This document shows positions 9,371-21,204 of a stretch of 24,956 nt of DNA, piece after piece. Below the pieces are notes generated by a model. It was not told the DNA's origin, made no database searches, and saw nothing but the letters and a program-made list of their open reading frames with translations. Positions within the stretch are counted from its first letter, which is position 1; each line of letters begins with the position of its first letter. The position numbers and the translations under genes were made by a program. This stretch comes from Paraspadella gotoi (lineage: Eukaryota > Animalia > Chaetognatha), in NCBI GenBank assembly GCA_051294375.1, contig CM119271.1, positions 3,948,142-3,973,097 of the forward strand, written 5' to 3'.

Positions 9371-11685
9371 AAAAACAAGTTTCGGGTTCATTTGTGACAT
9401 CGAGAAATGTGTTTTCTCTCTCTCTCTCTCTCATTGATTGAAAGTACGTGCCGGCTACGAAAAGACCGGCAACCGAAATGGCGTCAGTTAAACCGGCGTC
9501 GTTTGAACCTAGGACGTCGACGCGCGCCGGAATCTTCCATGCGGCGTTGCTATCGACGCTAATGTTGAAAAGAGGCCTTTTTAATTATTGGCGGCGCTGT
9601 GTTTGATCACTCGAAGATATTTAATTTACAGCGTCAATTCTCCAAGGTTTCATATCTTTTTTTTTGTAAATTGGTCACATATTTTTTTAAATTAAAATGA
9701 AGAATTTTAAAAAAAACTTTTTTCCCGCCAAAGGTATACATTCCAAGCGGACAAATCAGTAATTTTAGCTTAGACTGATGTAACCGTAGATGCTATACTC
9801 GACTACGAGACGTGTCATATTTCGAAAATAATTCAATTACCGAGTATTTTTAAATAATATTATATATTTTTATTTTCAATATGAGGTATAAACGTGCCGC
9901 AAGAATAACTTTGTCGGTGGAAAGTATGTTTTAAAAAAATTAAACGAAGGAAAAATACTTTAAGACTAGACGTTTAATCATGAAGAGTGTTTAAAAAAAA
10001 AAAACAACTTATGGAACCATTAGAAAAATAAATACTTTATTTTTTATTGGGGCGTGGGGCTCGATTCATAATTCGACTTCAAAATCAAACGAAAAGCTTA
10101 AAACTTGCAATCGAAAGACGATCTATTTCCGGGGGCGGCGGGACTTGGGACCGAGGCTTAATTTAGCGATAAGTCTGAGCCGATTTCAAAGTATAAAAAA
10201 AAAAATAATATTGTATAGATTATATATATGCAAGCTCCTCGGGAGGAGAGTTTCTTTCGTTGTCGCGGTCAATGACCCTTTACTTGATTGTCCGTCTGTC
10301 TCTCTGTTCAGTTATGTCATTGCGAAAAAGCTTTCCGCGGCATCTTGTTAAAAATTAAGACCGATGAGAAAAAGGGATGATTATTAAAATAAATAAAAAA
10401 TATTAACAAAACCACAATATGACACAATATTTTAGTCATATTTATCGATAATTTTTTTTCACTCCGGCGGGCACTCTAACATGGACATGACTCTGTGCAC
10501 AATGTCGGGACGATCCCTGGACAATCTCGTCAACAGCATGTGGCGTAATCCTGTATCCGCGTGCATTCCTGAAAATAATGGATTATTTGTTTGTGTTTAT
10601 ATTTCGTTATGAAAATTGCATATTGTACATTTGATAATCATTAAATTTAAGATTATTCATCAATAATTTTTATAATCTTCGTGAAATACATCTGTTATTA
10701 TTTTTAAATAAGTCTATAATTTTTAAATTTTGGATGGAGGCCATAAACCACCAAAGCCTGTCCAAGTCAGGGCAAGATAGCTTATTTATTAATAATGGAT
10801 AATTTTTATATTGGTAGTACCAATTTCATAACAGTATGTAAAACTTGAATAACGATAGTAATTATACCGTCCCTTGGAATTTTGCAGTAAATTTCTCTAC
10901 GTCCAAAATTATGATAACATCCGTCCTTAATCTTGTTTTCCTTTTATTGGCGTCACTTTCCTGAGACTCACTGTACCTCACTCGCCCTTACCTTCTCTCT
11001 CTGCTTGAGTCCAGGAGCAGCTTGTCCCGCGGTTCCGATCTCAAGTGCTCTATACTTCTAGGGGCCGTTGGGGTGCGCCAGAGCCTGCGTGGAAGGGTTT
11101 TGGGTCCCGATTAGACTCCGATCAGTCCGTGGGGAGATTGCGAAAAGAACTTGTGTATCGTGAAGTGTCTTTTCTCGGAAATGGTAGGAGTGAATGACTC
11201 GTGTTAATCTATTTATCATTTAATTGTTTTTTTTTTAAGTCATTCAATCCGTTCTGACTCTTTCTTGTGGCAGTGGGGGTCTTCTCTATTTACAATACGA
11301 AAGCGTAAGCGGAACTTGACATGCACTTTAACACGATTTCAAATTAAATTATCACATAACTCTTTTTAACGCACGACTCATGCTACGACCATAAAGCACT
11401 ACTAAATTTCGTCGAAAAAAAATCGCTAAGTATTTTTTAAAAAAATTAAATTTCACAGTCCTATTTTTTTAAAAATTATTTTATTTTTGTTTTAGAAGAG
11501 CCCTAAACATTCCCCAGCTCAGCTGCGCACAGTGTAACCTCATTAGAATTTTTGAACACGTGTTTACTAAAAAATTATAATTACACACCACCACCGGAAA
11601 AGAGATTAATTGCCATGGACTAAGTACACGAAACTTTCACTTAGTTATATTTAATTATTACTAATATAAATTTAAGTGTGTTCGC

Positions 11686-12670
11686 CATTACTGGCGATCT
11701 TGATCATCATCATCTTCAACTTTGTTAACAGTCTTCTGTTGACTTTGGAGATTCAACAGGAGTCAACCCTGTGAGGAACGAACATTCACGGTTGCGAGAA
11801 ACGCGCCAGTAATGAAGAAGAAACAGTATTTCTAATATCTAGGCGCAGTTTTTAGAAATAACTTATTCTTAGTCTCTAAAGAAAAAAAATAATTTTGAGG
11901 CTGGTTTTGAAATAAATATCTAAGATTTTTGAATTTTACTTTAAATAGGTAGTTTCTGACTCTCGGTAAATTTAGGGAATTTATCATCTTTAAAGGTCAA
12001 CTACACAACTAAGAGGCAATGAATACTCACGTCATGCGCGTCTTTGCTGTGCAGTCGCGCAGATCTTAATCTCACATTCGTGGACGTCGAGGAGCACGCG
12101 ATCTAATCCCAATGGTGGAGGCGGGAGAGCGTCCACTCCGTAACCCAGCTCGATGCAAGCCACCTAAATTTTATATTAATAAAAATGAAATAAATAGTTA
12201 AATCTAATGTTTATATAAAATATGAAAAAATGCAGGATTACTTGTTTTACTAAATTAGACTTTAAAATTTTATATTAAAATTTTAAAATAAATGTAAGAA
12301 TTTAATAAATTTTATATTAAAATTTTAAAATAAATTTAAGAATTTATCAAATTTCACTAAATATTATATTTAATTATATTCTTTATTTAGAGTATATTCT
12401 TTTATAATGTTATATTAAAATTCAGTCTAAATCTAGTCTAATTACCAAAACTAGTAATTTTGCAATTTATTTCAGAAACAAGAGACAAAAAAAAACAAAA
12501 ACAAACCTTGAGTTGATCCACTAGCGCCCTCAACCGGGACTTTCGGTGCTCGACGTTGCGGATGGCGATGAAGACGCCGGCTCCGCTGCCGAGAGAGGAA
12601 GAGGAGGAGAGGAGCGGGACGGAGGAGGAAGAGGAAGGGGGCCGCTTGAAGGAAGAGGAAGAGGAAGGGT
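11686..12670 (-). CDS. Copy B of the three-exon hypothetical gene (5' end lost in the gap, frameshifted)
   Basis: Collinear with 1706-2608 and retains the same splice sites. Confidence 0.4.
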
Positions 12671-12695
12671 NNNNNNNNNNNNNNNNNNNNNNNNN
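12671..12695. other. Assembly gap (25 N)
   Basis: Run of 25 n. Confidence 1.
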
Positions 12696-12770
12696 GCGAA
12701 GAACACATATATGTAGTCGGGCATTGCCTAGGTTCACTCCCGCCTAGAATCAATGACACTTTCCAGTTGT

Positions 12771-13036
12771 GACCCGGTGGCTCATGAGTAAAGCCACATC
12801 TTCATACCACGAGATTCCGGGGTTCAAGTTCCCAACGCCGGTACCTACCCTGCGGGAAGCGTGAGGACGGCCGAAGCCGCCTTGGGCATGGCAAACCCCA
12901 AGCCTGTTTCCAAGCCCAGGGACCCGTTCCATGGCTGCTAGAGGGGCTTTATAGAAGTTACGGACCCAGTCATCTTCACGAACCCATCGTAGCGCCTTAT
13001 CCACATATATCCTTCTCTCTCTCTCTCTCTCCCTCT
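12771..13036 (+). mobile_element. tRNA-derived SINE-like element
   Basis: Head 12771-12845 has A-box-like TGGCTCATGAGTAAAGC, B-box-like GGTTCAAGTTCC (12821-12832) and acceptor-like pairing CCGG...CCGG. A GC-rich body and a (CT)n tail at ~13013-13036 follow. Confidence 0.55.
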
Positions 13037-13678
13037 CCGTCCCGTTGTTTACGCCGATTGACCCTGCGATCGATAAAACTCCCAAAAAGAACCACCGCTG
13101 TGACTTATTCGGTTTGAAACCAAAAGATGTCGAAGATGCTTTCGATCACAACAACGATATCAAAAGGCTTATCATACTTTTCAAAATTAATTTAAACATT
13201 TTTGAGGGTATGCAATGTTTCCGGTTCTAGGCAAGGTTTTTCGTTAACTTTCTAAAAAAAATATAAACATTTTCGGGTTTTACGATCGCAGAAAAAAATC
13301 CAAACCCTTACTCTAAATGTAATATAGGTTGCTATCAATTTCAAAAGCGAAATATGAAATAGTTTTAGTTAAAAATCTTTCACGGTCTCGCTACACAATT
13401 ATTTTGTATTTGTAATATAATACCATATCCGGTCCAGATATTATCGAACGAAAGATTTTTTTGTATATATTAGGTTGTTAGCGAATTTCCATATATGCTC
13501 TATTTTCTAAATTCTTTATCTCGGAGAAATGTGCTTCATTCTCATTTCCCGCCACGATCACTTCTCCTTCGACTTCTCTCGCTCTCTCTTCGTCGGCACG
13601 CCCACTTTGAGTCGCCGTCACCGGTTTATCGGTTTCCGATTCGACGAAACCTTCGCCCCGTGCCGGGGTGAAGTCTTG

Positions 13679-13709
<31 letters not shown>

Positions 13710-13740
13710 GTCGCTCTCTCTTCTCTCTCTTCTTCTCTCT

Positions 13741-13774
<34 letters not shown>

Positions 13775-13795
13775 TCTCTCTTTTCTTCTCTCTCC
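13679..13795. repeat. (CT)n microsatellite
   Basis: Long imperfect CT run. Confidence 0.95.
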
Positions 13796-16700
13796 TCCTA
13801 CCTCCCTCCCCCTCGTCAATGTGTTTTACTTCCCTTTTTGGGTCAGTCTCTTAACCCTCATATGATTAACTATTTTCGCCGCCGAAACACTTGCCCCATT
13901 TGCCAGTCTGATTCGACGACCTTTTACTGGACAATGAATTCGTGATTTCGTGAATTTAGGTACTAGTCCTCATCATCATAAACTAAAAAATTAGATTGTA
14001 TTTATATTCGTGTATATATTGATATAAATTACGAGGAAAAAATGAGAAGAAACGATATGTAATTAATATTTTGTATTATTTCCAATGCAATTTTGTAAAC
14101 AACGATACTATGCTAGTTATAAGTTTAAACTTTATCTATTATATTTCATAGCCAAAGAAGTTTCGCTAGTCTTCTGCATCCCAAACTATAAAGAAAAAAG
14201 AAATTTATATTTCTATCTCATAATCAATGATTATTAATCATGTATAATTCTAGACGCGACCAAACGATATGAATTTGAGATATTAAAGTACTTAAAGTAC
14301 TTTTATTTATAAAAAAAATTACGTAAACGAAAAAAAAGAGCACCCGCTGATTCAGAGTGACATTTCTTGCGACCGACTCCTTTCTTCACAAGCTATGAAC
14401 AGGTCGATGGAAGCTAAACGCGACACCAGGCGGGGCATTCCTGAAAATCAAAGTTCAACTTCCAAGACGTCCGTTCCGATTCCAGACGCAAAATTCTCCG
14501 ACTGCTGCTTCGTCGTCTCAGCCATCTGTCTGCGGCAAAAGAAACCATTTAACAATTGCAAGACCAACGCCTTCTGTCAAACTGTGCAGTGAAGCTTGAG
14601 GCGAGCCCTACGGCGTCAAAAATCTGCTGCCCTAAATATCGCAAGTGCGTTTCTATACTTTTTTTTCGGAGCGGGGGAGGGTTCGGGTCATTTTAATTTT
14701 TTGGCGGAAAACTTTAAATTTGAATTTCATTAAAGGAGAAGGCAGTGCGAGTACAAAAAAAAAAAAAAAATGCCAGATATTCGACTTAATTTTCTAAAAC
14801 TTATTTTATTATTGATTATTCCGACTTAGAAAATTAAGGTCGCACACTGGCAAAAAAAGTTTTTTTTCTTATGTACAAAGATCGCACTCGCCTTCTCATT
14901 ATGAAATTAAATTTATTCATAATATTACTACTTTTCGGCTGCTGTGCATGACCGATTAAAAGAACTTTTCAATCATTAGTTGCGCCGCGAGTACTCACTT
15001 TTCGGGTCGCGTCGGTCCGTCGGTCGGTTCGTTTGGTATGTCTGTCCGTCAGTGGTTCTGTCCCATTGTAGTCTGGCCATAGTTTGTTGCTCATTTGTTA
15101 AAATCAAATCTAAGCGACTCTCGGTACCGCCTTTTGTTTTAAAAGAAAAGATAAAGGATAAAAAGAAAAAGCAATGCGGCGAACACCTTGGACAATAACC
15201 GATTCCTCTTGTTTTTCAATAAAATAATTCTCGGAGGAATTTGGTCGCCTCCAATGGAGGGTCGAGAGTGTTGGTGGTATGAGAGCTCAGGGATGAATCC
15301 TTTACTCGGCTGTCGGTTCCTCGAGAGCCACTGTGTGCTCACTATTCTTTATCTCTCTTCCACTTAGTATCCATAGGCAGAAGACGCGACAAATGAGCAA
15401 TCGATGTATGGATCCAATACCTGTCACGTTTGTCCGAGAAGAACGTGCTCGTGCGCAAAGATTCTCATCTAGTAATTAATATAATATCATAATATATATA
15501 TCGTTAGTTAGATGTTTATAATTTTCTACGTTATCTTTTTTTTGAAAAAAAACAGGAGAAACGCAGGTAAAACCGTTCGACGGCTCAAGAATACGGGGAG
15601 AACGAGGCGCTTTCGTACGCCCATTGAGATACGAAACGATTTGCAGCGTCGTTTGGAAAATGAAAAGTTTTTTTTAAAACGGTTTGACTTTTGTTTTCTG
15701 TGGGAAAACGGATAAGTTAACCTGTACTAGCGTAGTGTATCAACATGTAGACTAGTTACTAGTGTGAAGCTACGAATTTCATTTTTCGGTTAATTTTCAA
15801 TAATTTATAGTTGCTTTCTTCGTCGTCGTCATCGTCGCCTCTAAGAACGAAGCAGAATTCTCCGCCGTGAAGAGTTTCGAAGTACTCGCGGAGCAACTCT
15901 ATTAAGTTACTTTCAGTCAGTCTGTCCCACTCATGTCAAAAAGTGTACATAATTTGCCTTTATAGTTGCTTAGCGGCCGCCTTCAGGAAATCTTAAGAGT
16001 ATAAAGAATAAAAGCATAAATTTCTGATGCAGTGTATGTTAAAAATTACACAGGCTAAAGAAAGTTATCTGTAGTCCATGGTAGTCATATTTTATGTCGC
16101 AGCCGCGTTATGTTATGTCAGGTTATGTCACGAGAAACCTTGACATGCTAAGGACTACTAGCATACTTTTGTTTTTAAAAAAAAATCCATAAGAATAAAG
16201 ACGAATTTCGATGCTCAACCGGGCCGGTGAATATTTATTTAGTATCATCATGATCCACCCGGAAAATACACGTGCGCAACACATTTTTAAATTACCGTTC
16301 TTGTTTCTATTATATTACGATGAATATTAGTCGATGTTTCGGCTGCTAAGATGAATTATTCTCCCAAGTTTTGTTACATTTCGTTATTCCGTAATTCAGT
16401 AAACAGGCCGTATTTTTGTGATCTACTAATTACCCAGGGTAACGAAAATGCTAGAGTATTTGAGAGAACAGAAATTTTTTTAGCAAAAAAAAAAAGTTTC
16501 TGAAAGTTTTAATTTTTTCTTGTACAAGAAATTAATTTTTAAGAATATCTCGGCCGGATAAAGATATATCGAAAATACCTCGGAAATTAAGAGAGAGAGA
16601 CACATACAAAACATGATGCGTTTTTTTGGCGTCTCCTTTGAATCTACGTCAGTCATGCATCGCATCGACGAAAAGCAGCTCAGGATATAGATCCCAAACT

Positions 16701-17945
16701 TTCAGAGCGAGGGCGAAAGCCTAAATTAACATACTAATGCAGAAAAAGTATTCTTTCAAGGCTGAAAAACCACTGCGACGGCATAAACAAAATAGAACAA
16801 CTAACTGCTTACTCGTTGATTTACGGTCGTCTGAAACCCAACTTGGTCTCCCCTTGGTTGTCGGTGCGTATTCAGGAAATTGAACGAAATAGAGAGAGAG
16901 ACACGCCAAAGCTTGATCGCTTTTTTGGCTGTCTTCTAAACCTAGTCAAGTCATGGGCCGTTCGCAGTTCGCGAAAAAGCGATTCGCTTTTCAAATTATG
17001 TTTCGGCTTTCTTGTCTTTCTAATTAGAGGCAAAATCTCTGTTTGATTCCCTTTGTGCATTTGTTAATTGAGAGAGAGAAGATGAGAAAAGAGAGCAGAG
17101 AAAGAGAGAGAAGAGGAACAACAAATGATTTCGAATTTAAGAAGCTATGATTGATTTTCCGCCGCGTCGCTTCGCACTAATGAGATTTTTCGGTTTCGTC
17201 TAGTAAATTAATTGTTTAAAATAAAGTTTAGACTTTAGGCTAAACCAAAGGGTTTAAAAATAATTTAATTCCAGTCTTTGAGATGTATAAAAAACTTTGC
17301 CAGCGAATGTTGTTTTTTTTTGATCTATTACCGTTCTTAATGAAGTTTAATAGTGAATGGATGCAGCTTGGGGAAAAAAAATGAGAGGAGAATTAAAAAA
17401 GGAAAAAAATCTCATAAAAAAAATATTGGTAAAAGTCGGAACTAGAACGGAGGAAAACAAATTTAGGGCAATGAAAAGTAAAGATACTAAAAAGAGTCCT
17501 AAGATAAAACGAATGAAAAAAAGCAAAAAAGGCAAAGTAGGATCATACAACAATAGGACACGAATCGGTTCCAAAAATATCTATTTCTTGGATTAAATAT
17601 TTTTTAGCCCACATTCTCGGTCCGAAAAATGTCGAGATCTTTCTTTCTTTTCTTTTTTCTTTTTTTCTGGCGCTTTATTTTTTATCGCGACGACGCCGGG
17701 GTTGCGACAAGCGCCGACGACGACAAGGACGACGCCGACACCGACGCCGTACTCCGACGCCGACGGCCGACTCTGACTCTAGCACCTCACCCTTGCTTGA
17801 TCTCAGTGCGGCCGCCGACGCAAGCAGCTTCTGCAATCTACGACTCGATCAAAACGCTACTGCTTGGTTTGGAAGAAGAACCGCCACTCTCAGAAAATGT
17901 GCCACTCCTAGCGAGTGCTTACCAGAAATGCCCCAAATGGAAGGG

Positions 17946-17981
17946 TGAGAGCAGAGAGAGAGAGAGCAGAGAGACTGAGAG

Positions 17982-18020
<39 letters not shown>

Positions 18021-18107
18021 GAGAGAAGAGAAAAAGAGAGAGAGAAGAGAGAGAGAGGAGAGAGAGCGAGAGAGAGAGGAGAGAAAGAAAGAGAGAGAGA
18101 GAGAAAG
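17946..18107. repeat. (GA)n microsatellite, expanded relative to copy A
   Basis: ~160-bp imperfect GA run versus ~70 bp at 6820-6890. Confidence 0.95.
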
Positions 18108-18509
18108 AAATGGTAGATTTTGGAGCTTTGAAAATCGGTGTTTGATTTATTGATTGGAAGACCTTGGCAAAAATTGAGAGACTTCAGCCGAGTATGAGGA
18201 CCTGCCCGCTTCCCGAATTATCTGATGATTGAACGCCATTCCTTTTTGCCTCCTGATCTTTTTTCTTTCAAATTTTGTTGTTCTCTCGATAGTTTTATCG
18301 TTCTGAATTTTTTGCAACCGTTTCCTCATTTCTCTTCAGAAAAAAAAAAATTGCATTGGAAACGGAACTTTTTTTTTTTTTTGAATAATCGTTTTAAACT
18401 CTTAATATACGCCCAAAGCAATGATATATAAAAAAACCTAAAGCTATTAGCTTTTTTTGTCAAAGCGAGTGCATGAAAACTAATAATTAAATATATGAGA
18501 ACCTTTAGA

Positions 18510-19072
18510 TAGGGGAGCCCCACTCAATGGGTAGGTGAGGGTTTCAAAGAATTTTGAATGATTACATGCTCAAACCGAAAATTTCTATACATTTTGTAAG
18601 TATACTTTCAATGGACAAAACATTTCTTTATGTGGCTCTTATACCCAAATATGATTAGCTCATAAAAGTTGTCTCACACAAAGTACTAATTCTTTTTTAT
18701 AAATATTTCATGATAAGGAGTCAAAAATAAGAAAAACCGTTAAAAAAATCATCATCTTCGATAATTATTTATCAGTTTTTTTACGTATTCTTCACATGGA
18801 AAAACATAAAAATTTTAAAAAAGCTGTAATTATATTTCTTGTTTAACTTTTTTTTTCATGCCTCTATCAGAATCCATCAAAAATTTTAAGATTTTAAAAA
18901 AACATAATTTATTAATGTTAAAAAAAAGACAAGTAATTAATCAATGTTATTAATCAAGACGTATAATGTAAATTTTTTTTTTGAAAATAGTTGCTTAAAT
19001 ATTTAGTCAAGACAACTTAAAAATACTTTTGTAATAGTCGCAAATTTATATTATCTCTAGAGATTGTCCCTA
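18510..19072. mobile_element. Copy-B-specific ~560-bp insertion, probable non-autonomous DNA transposon
   Basis: Absent at the equivalent site in A (~7251-7260, ATGAAACTAGAGTACTTCC). Ends are TAGGG...CCCTA, flanked by ACCTTTAGA / ACCTAGAG, an imperfect 8-9 bp duplication. Confidence 0.6.
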
Positions 19073-20854
19073 ACCTAGAGAACTTCCATCCAATTCTACG
19101 ATTCTATGATTAAACAATTTTATCCATAGACGATAATAAATATTAAGTAAGAAAGTAGAAGAAAAGAAGAGAAAGAGGAAATAAAAAAAAAGAAGAACAC
19201 TGCTGAACGAAAATTCGAAACTAAGATAAATAAAAGGACGTTCCGTATTCGTTATCCTTTTTTTGGAATCACTGTATATATTGTAAAGCTGCATACATTT
19301 TAATAATGCGGAATTGAGAAATCATCATTATGTTTTCCTGGGCTTGTCTTCATCCTCAGGGGATCCCTGCCTTTGCCTCTTGCTCGATGATGGCGATGTC
19401 CACAAAACACTGACGTGAGTTTATCAAAAACAAATATTTTCTCAGACTCGGTCTTCTCTCCATTGTTGTGTTTGTTGATTATGTTTGTAATTTTTGTATT
19501 GTTTTGTTTGTATCCATTTCATTTAATAAGGGGTGAGAAGTTAAAAAAGATGAGATCAAATAGTACAACCAATATTAAATTATCGCATTAATTTAAAAAC
19601 TAAGCTATCTCGCCCCTGACTTTAGTACAATGCTTCGATGGTTCAATAATTTGATAATTTAAGAATTCTCGTTACTCAGGTTGCGAAAACTCTGGACAAT
19701 AGTTTTGATGACGAACAGAGATTTCGATTGCCGCAGAGATCATTGAGCGAAGACGATGACGTCGACGACCCGCGGGCTCAGGTGTACGATTCGCAAAAGC
19801 ACGTTGAGAAGTCGATGCCCTTTGTTTTAGTTGACGTTGCGCTTCCGCGGCCGCCGCCGTAGAAAGTTTTTGAAACATAAGTAATAAAAAAAAAACAAAA
19901 AGCTCAGCGGCTTATTTATTTTTTTACCTCTTTAAATTTTACCAGATTGAACGACGAGGTTAGGTCTTTCGCGCGTAACTTACCCGGGATCCCCAACTGC
20001 AGCGAGGTGTCTTTTTGCTGTTGCGGCATCGATCGCTTGCAACAAAGACCTGGTAGCTTTGTTCTCCGACTCGAGGGGGATGCGATTGCGCCGATGTTGC
20101 CTCCACCCACCACCGCTTCCCGAACTCACAGCCTCTACACCACCACTCTCCACCGTCTCTCGAGTGCTTCGTCCACGAATGCCTCCTCGGAAGCCGTCAA
20201 AGAATATTGCGCGGGAATAAAAAAGTTCTTCGCTTTGGTTACTTAAGGAAAACCAAGTAAGAAAGGAATGAATTGCGCTTGATATATTGCAAATAATATA
20301 TAAGAGTCATTTTATTTTTTCATTATATTATATTTTGCGTTCGATACTATTTTTTTTTTTTTGGCTGGAGTATAGTCCATTTGTAAAATAAAATATCCCT
20401 GTCTTTGTCTCCTCTGAATGGCGAGATAAGTATTTTCACGTTATTGACATAGAAAAACGTTGCATAGTTTATATCCAGACTCCTCTGCGGTTAGTTTATT
20501 CAGCTCCAGAGTTTTTCTAACCTTTTTTCATTAAGATGGATATTACTAGTTTTCGCGTTATCATAGTGTTATTTAATGTTATTATATAAAGATTTTAATC
20601 AAAGGTACGGCGTCGCCGCTGGCGCTGTACCAACACAGACAGAATTGCAAGGAGAGATTGAATCGTTGCTGTTTTTTGGCGACGATTGCAATCTGAGTTG
20701 GGGAAAACTGGCTAAAGAATACAAGGTTAGGAGCTGATGATGACACTTTTCACTGTTAGCGAGATATTCAGTATTTCGTCTAAAGTTACTAAGTTTTCAA
20801 CAGCTGCTGAGTTATCTTTCATTATTCCAGTAACAAGATCGGTTCATCCAATGT

Positions 20855-21204
20855 GTTACGCCGCAGTGAGCTTTATTCCACGTGTTATTATCGTGACATA
20901 AAATGAGCATGGAATGACGGCGACATGGCCTGGCTTCAAGACTACATACACTTTCTTAGCCCTATTGGTATTTTATGACACACGCTGCATCGATATCCGT
21001 CTTTTATTCTGTGATAGTTTTAGATTTCCTGAAGGCGCGCTTGCAGTCCCTTAGATTGACTTTTTTTTCTGTCTTAACAAATGAGAAATTTTATGTGCAT
21101 TTTTAACGTTAGTGGGATACGGACGGACGACGACCGGTTATAGCGCTGGCCCTGATAGCAGTTGACACAGAAGTGACACAAGCGACTACTCGCGGTGCGC
21201 AACT
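20855..21204. mobile_element. Copy B of the intronic MITE-like element
   Basis: Collinear with 9026-9370. Right end ACTACTCGCGGTGCGCAACT. Confidence 0.6.

Larger units (their letters stand above)
3434..9922 (+). pseudogene. Multi-exon cysteine-rich modular protein gene or pseudogene (three-finger/LU-like CCC-x4-CN modules, ShKT-like domain, Thr-rich stalks), copy A
   Basis: Exon-like GC-richer blocks at ~3434-3673, 4251-4472, 6541-6795, 7411-7592, 7856-8051, 8115-8423, 8571-8670, 8781-8896, 9438-9647, 9769-9843 and 9886-9922. They translate, with frameshifts, to CCCDDDDCS, CCCGIDRCN, CCCFGDDCN and related Cys patterns. Several stops are shared with copy B. It could be two or more tandem paralogous genes rather than one. 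Confidence 0.65.
1..10008. repeat. Segmental repeat copy A (~10 kb, contains a 25-N gap at 3084-3108)
   Basis: TTATGGAACCATTAGAAAAA at 1 recurs at 10009 and 21859, and the following sequence is collinear throughout. Confidence 0.95.

Noticed and set aside
12771-12845. Functional tRNA gene
   Set aside because: Stems are imperfect and the anticodon loop is non-canonical, so it is better explained as a SINE head or pseudogene.
12845-12905. Possible hammerhead or HDV-like ribozyme in the SINE body
   Set aside because: No intact CTGANGA/GAAA core. The GGCAAA motif sits in a simple CTTGGG/CCCAAG hairpin, and I could not build the HDV double pseudoknot.
13478-13945. ER-rich and SL-rich ORFs over the CT tract (also 17629-18153, 17915-18145)
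   Set aside because: Open frames are produced by GA/CT microsatellites.
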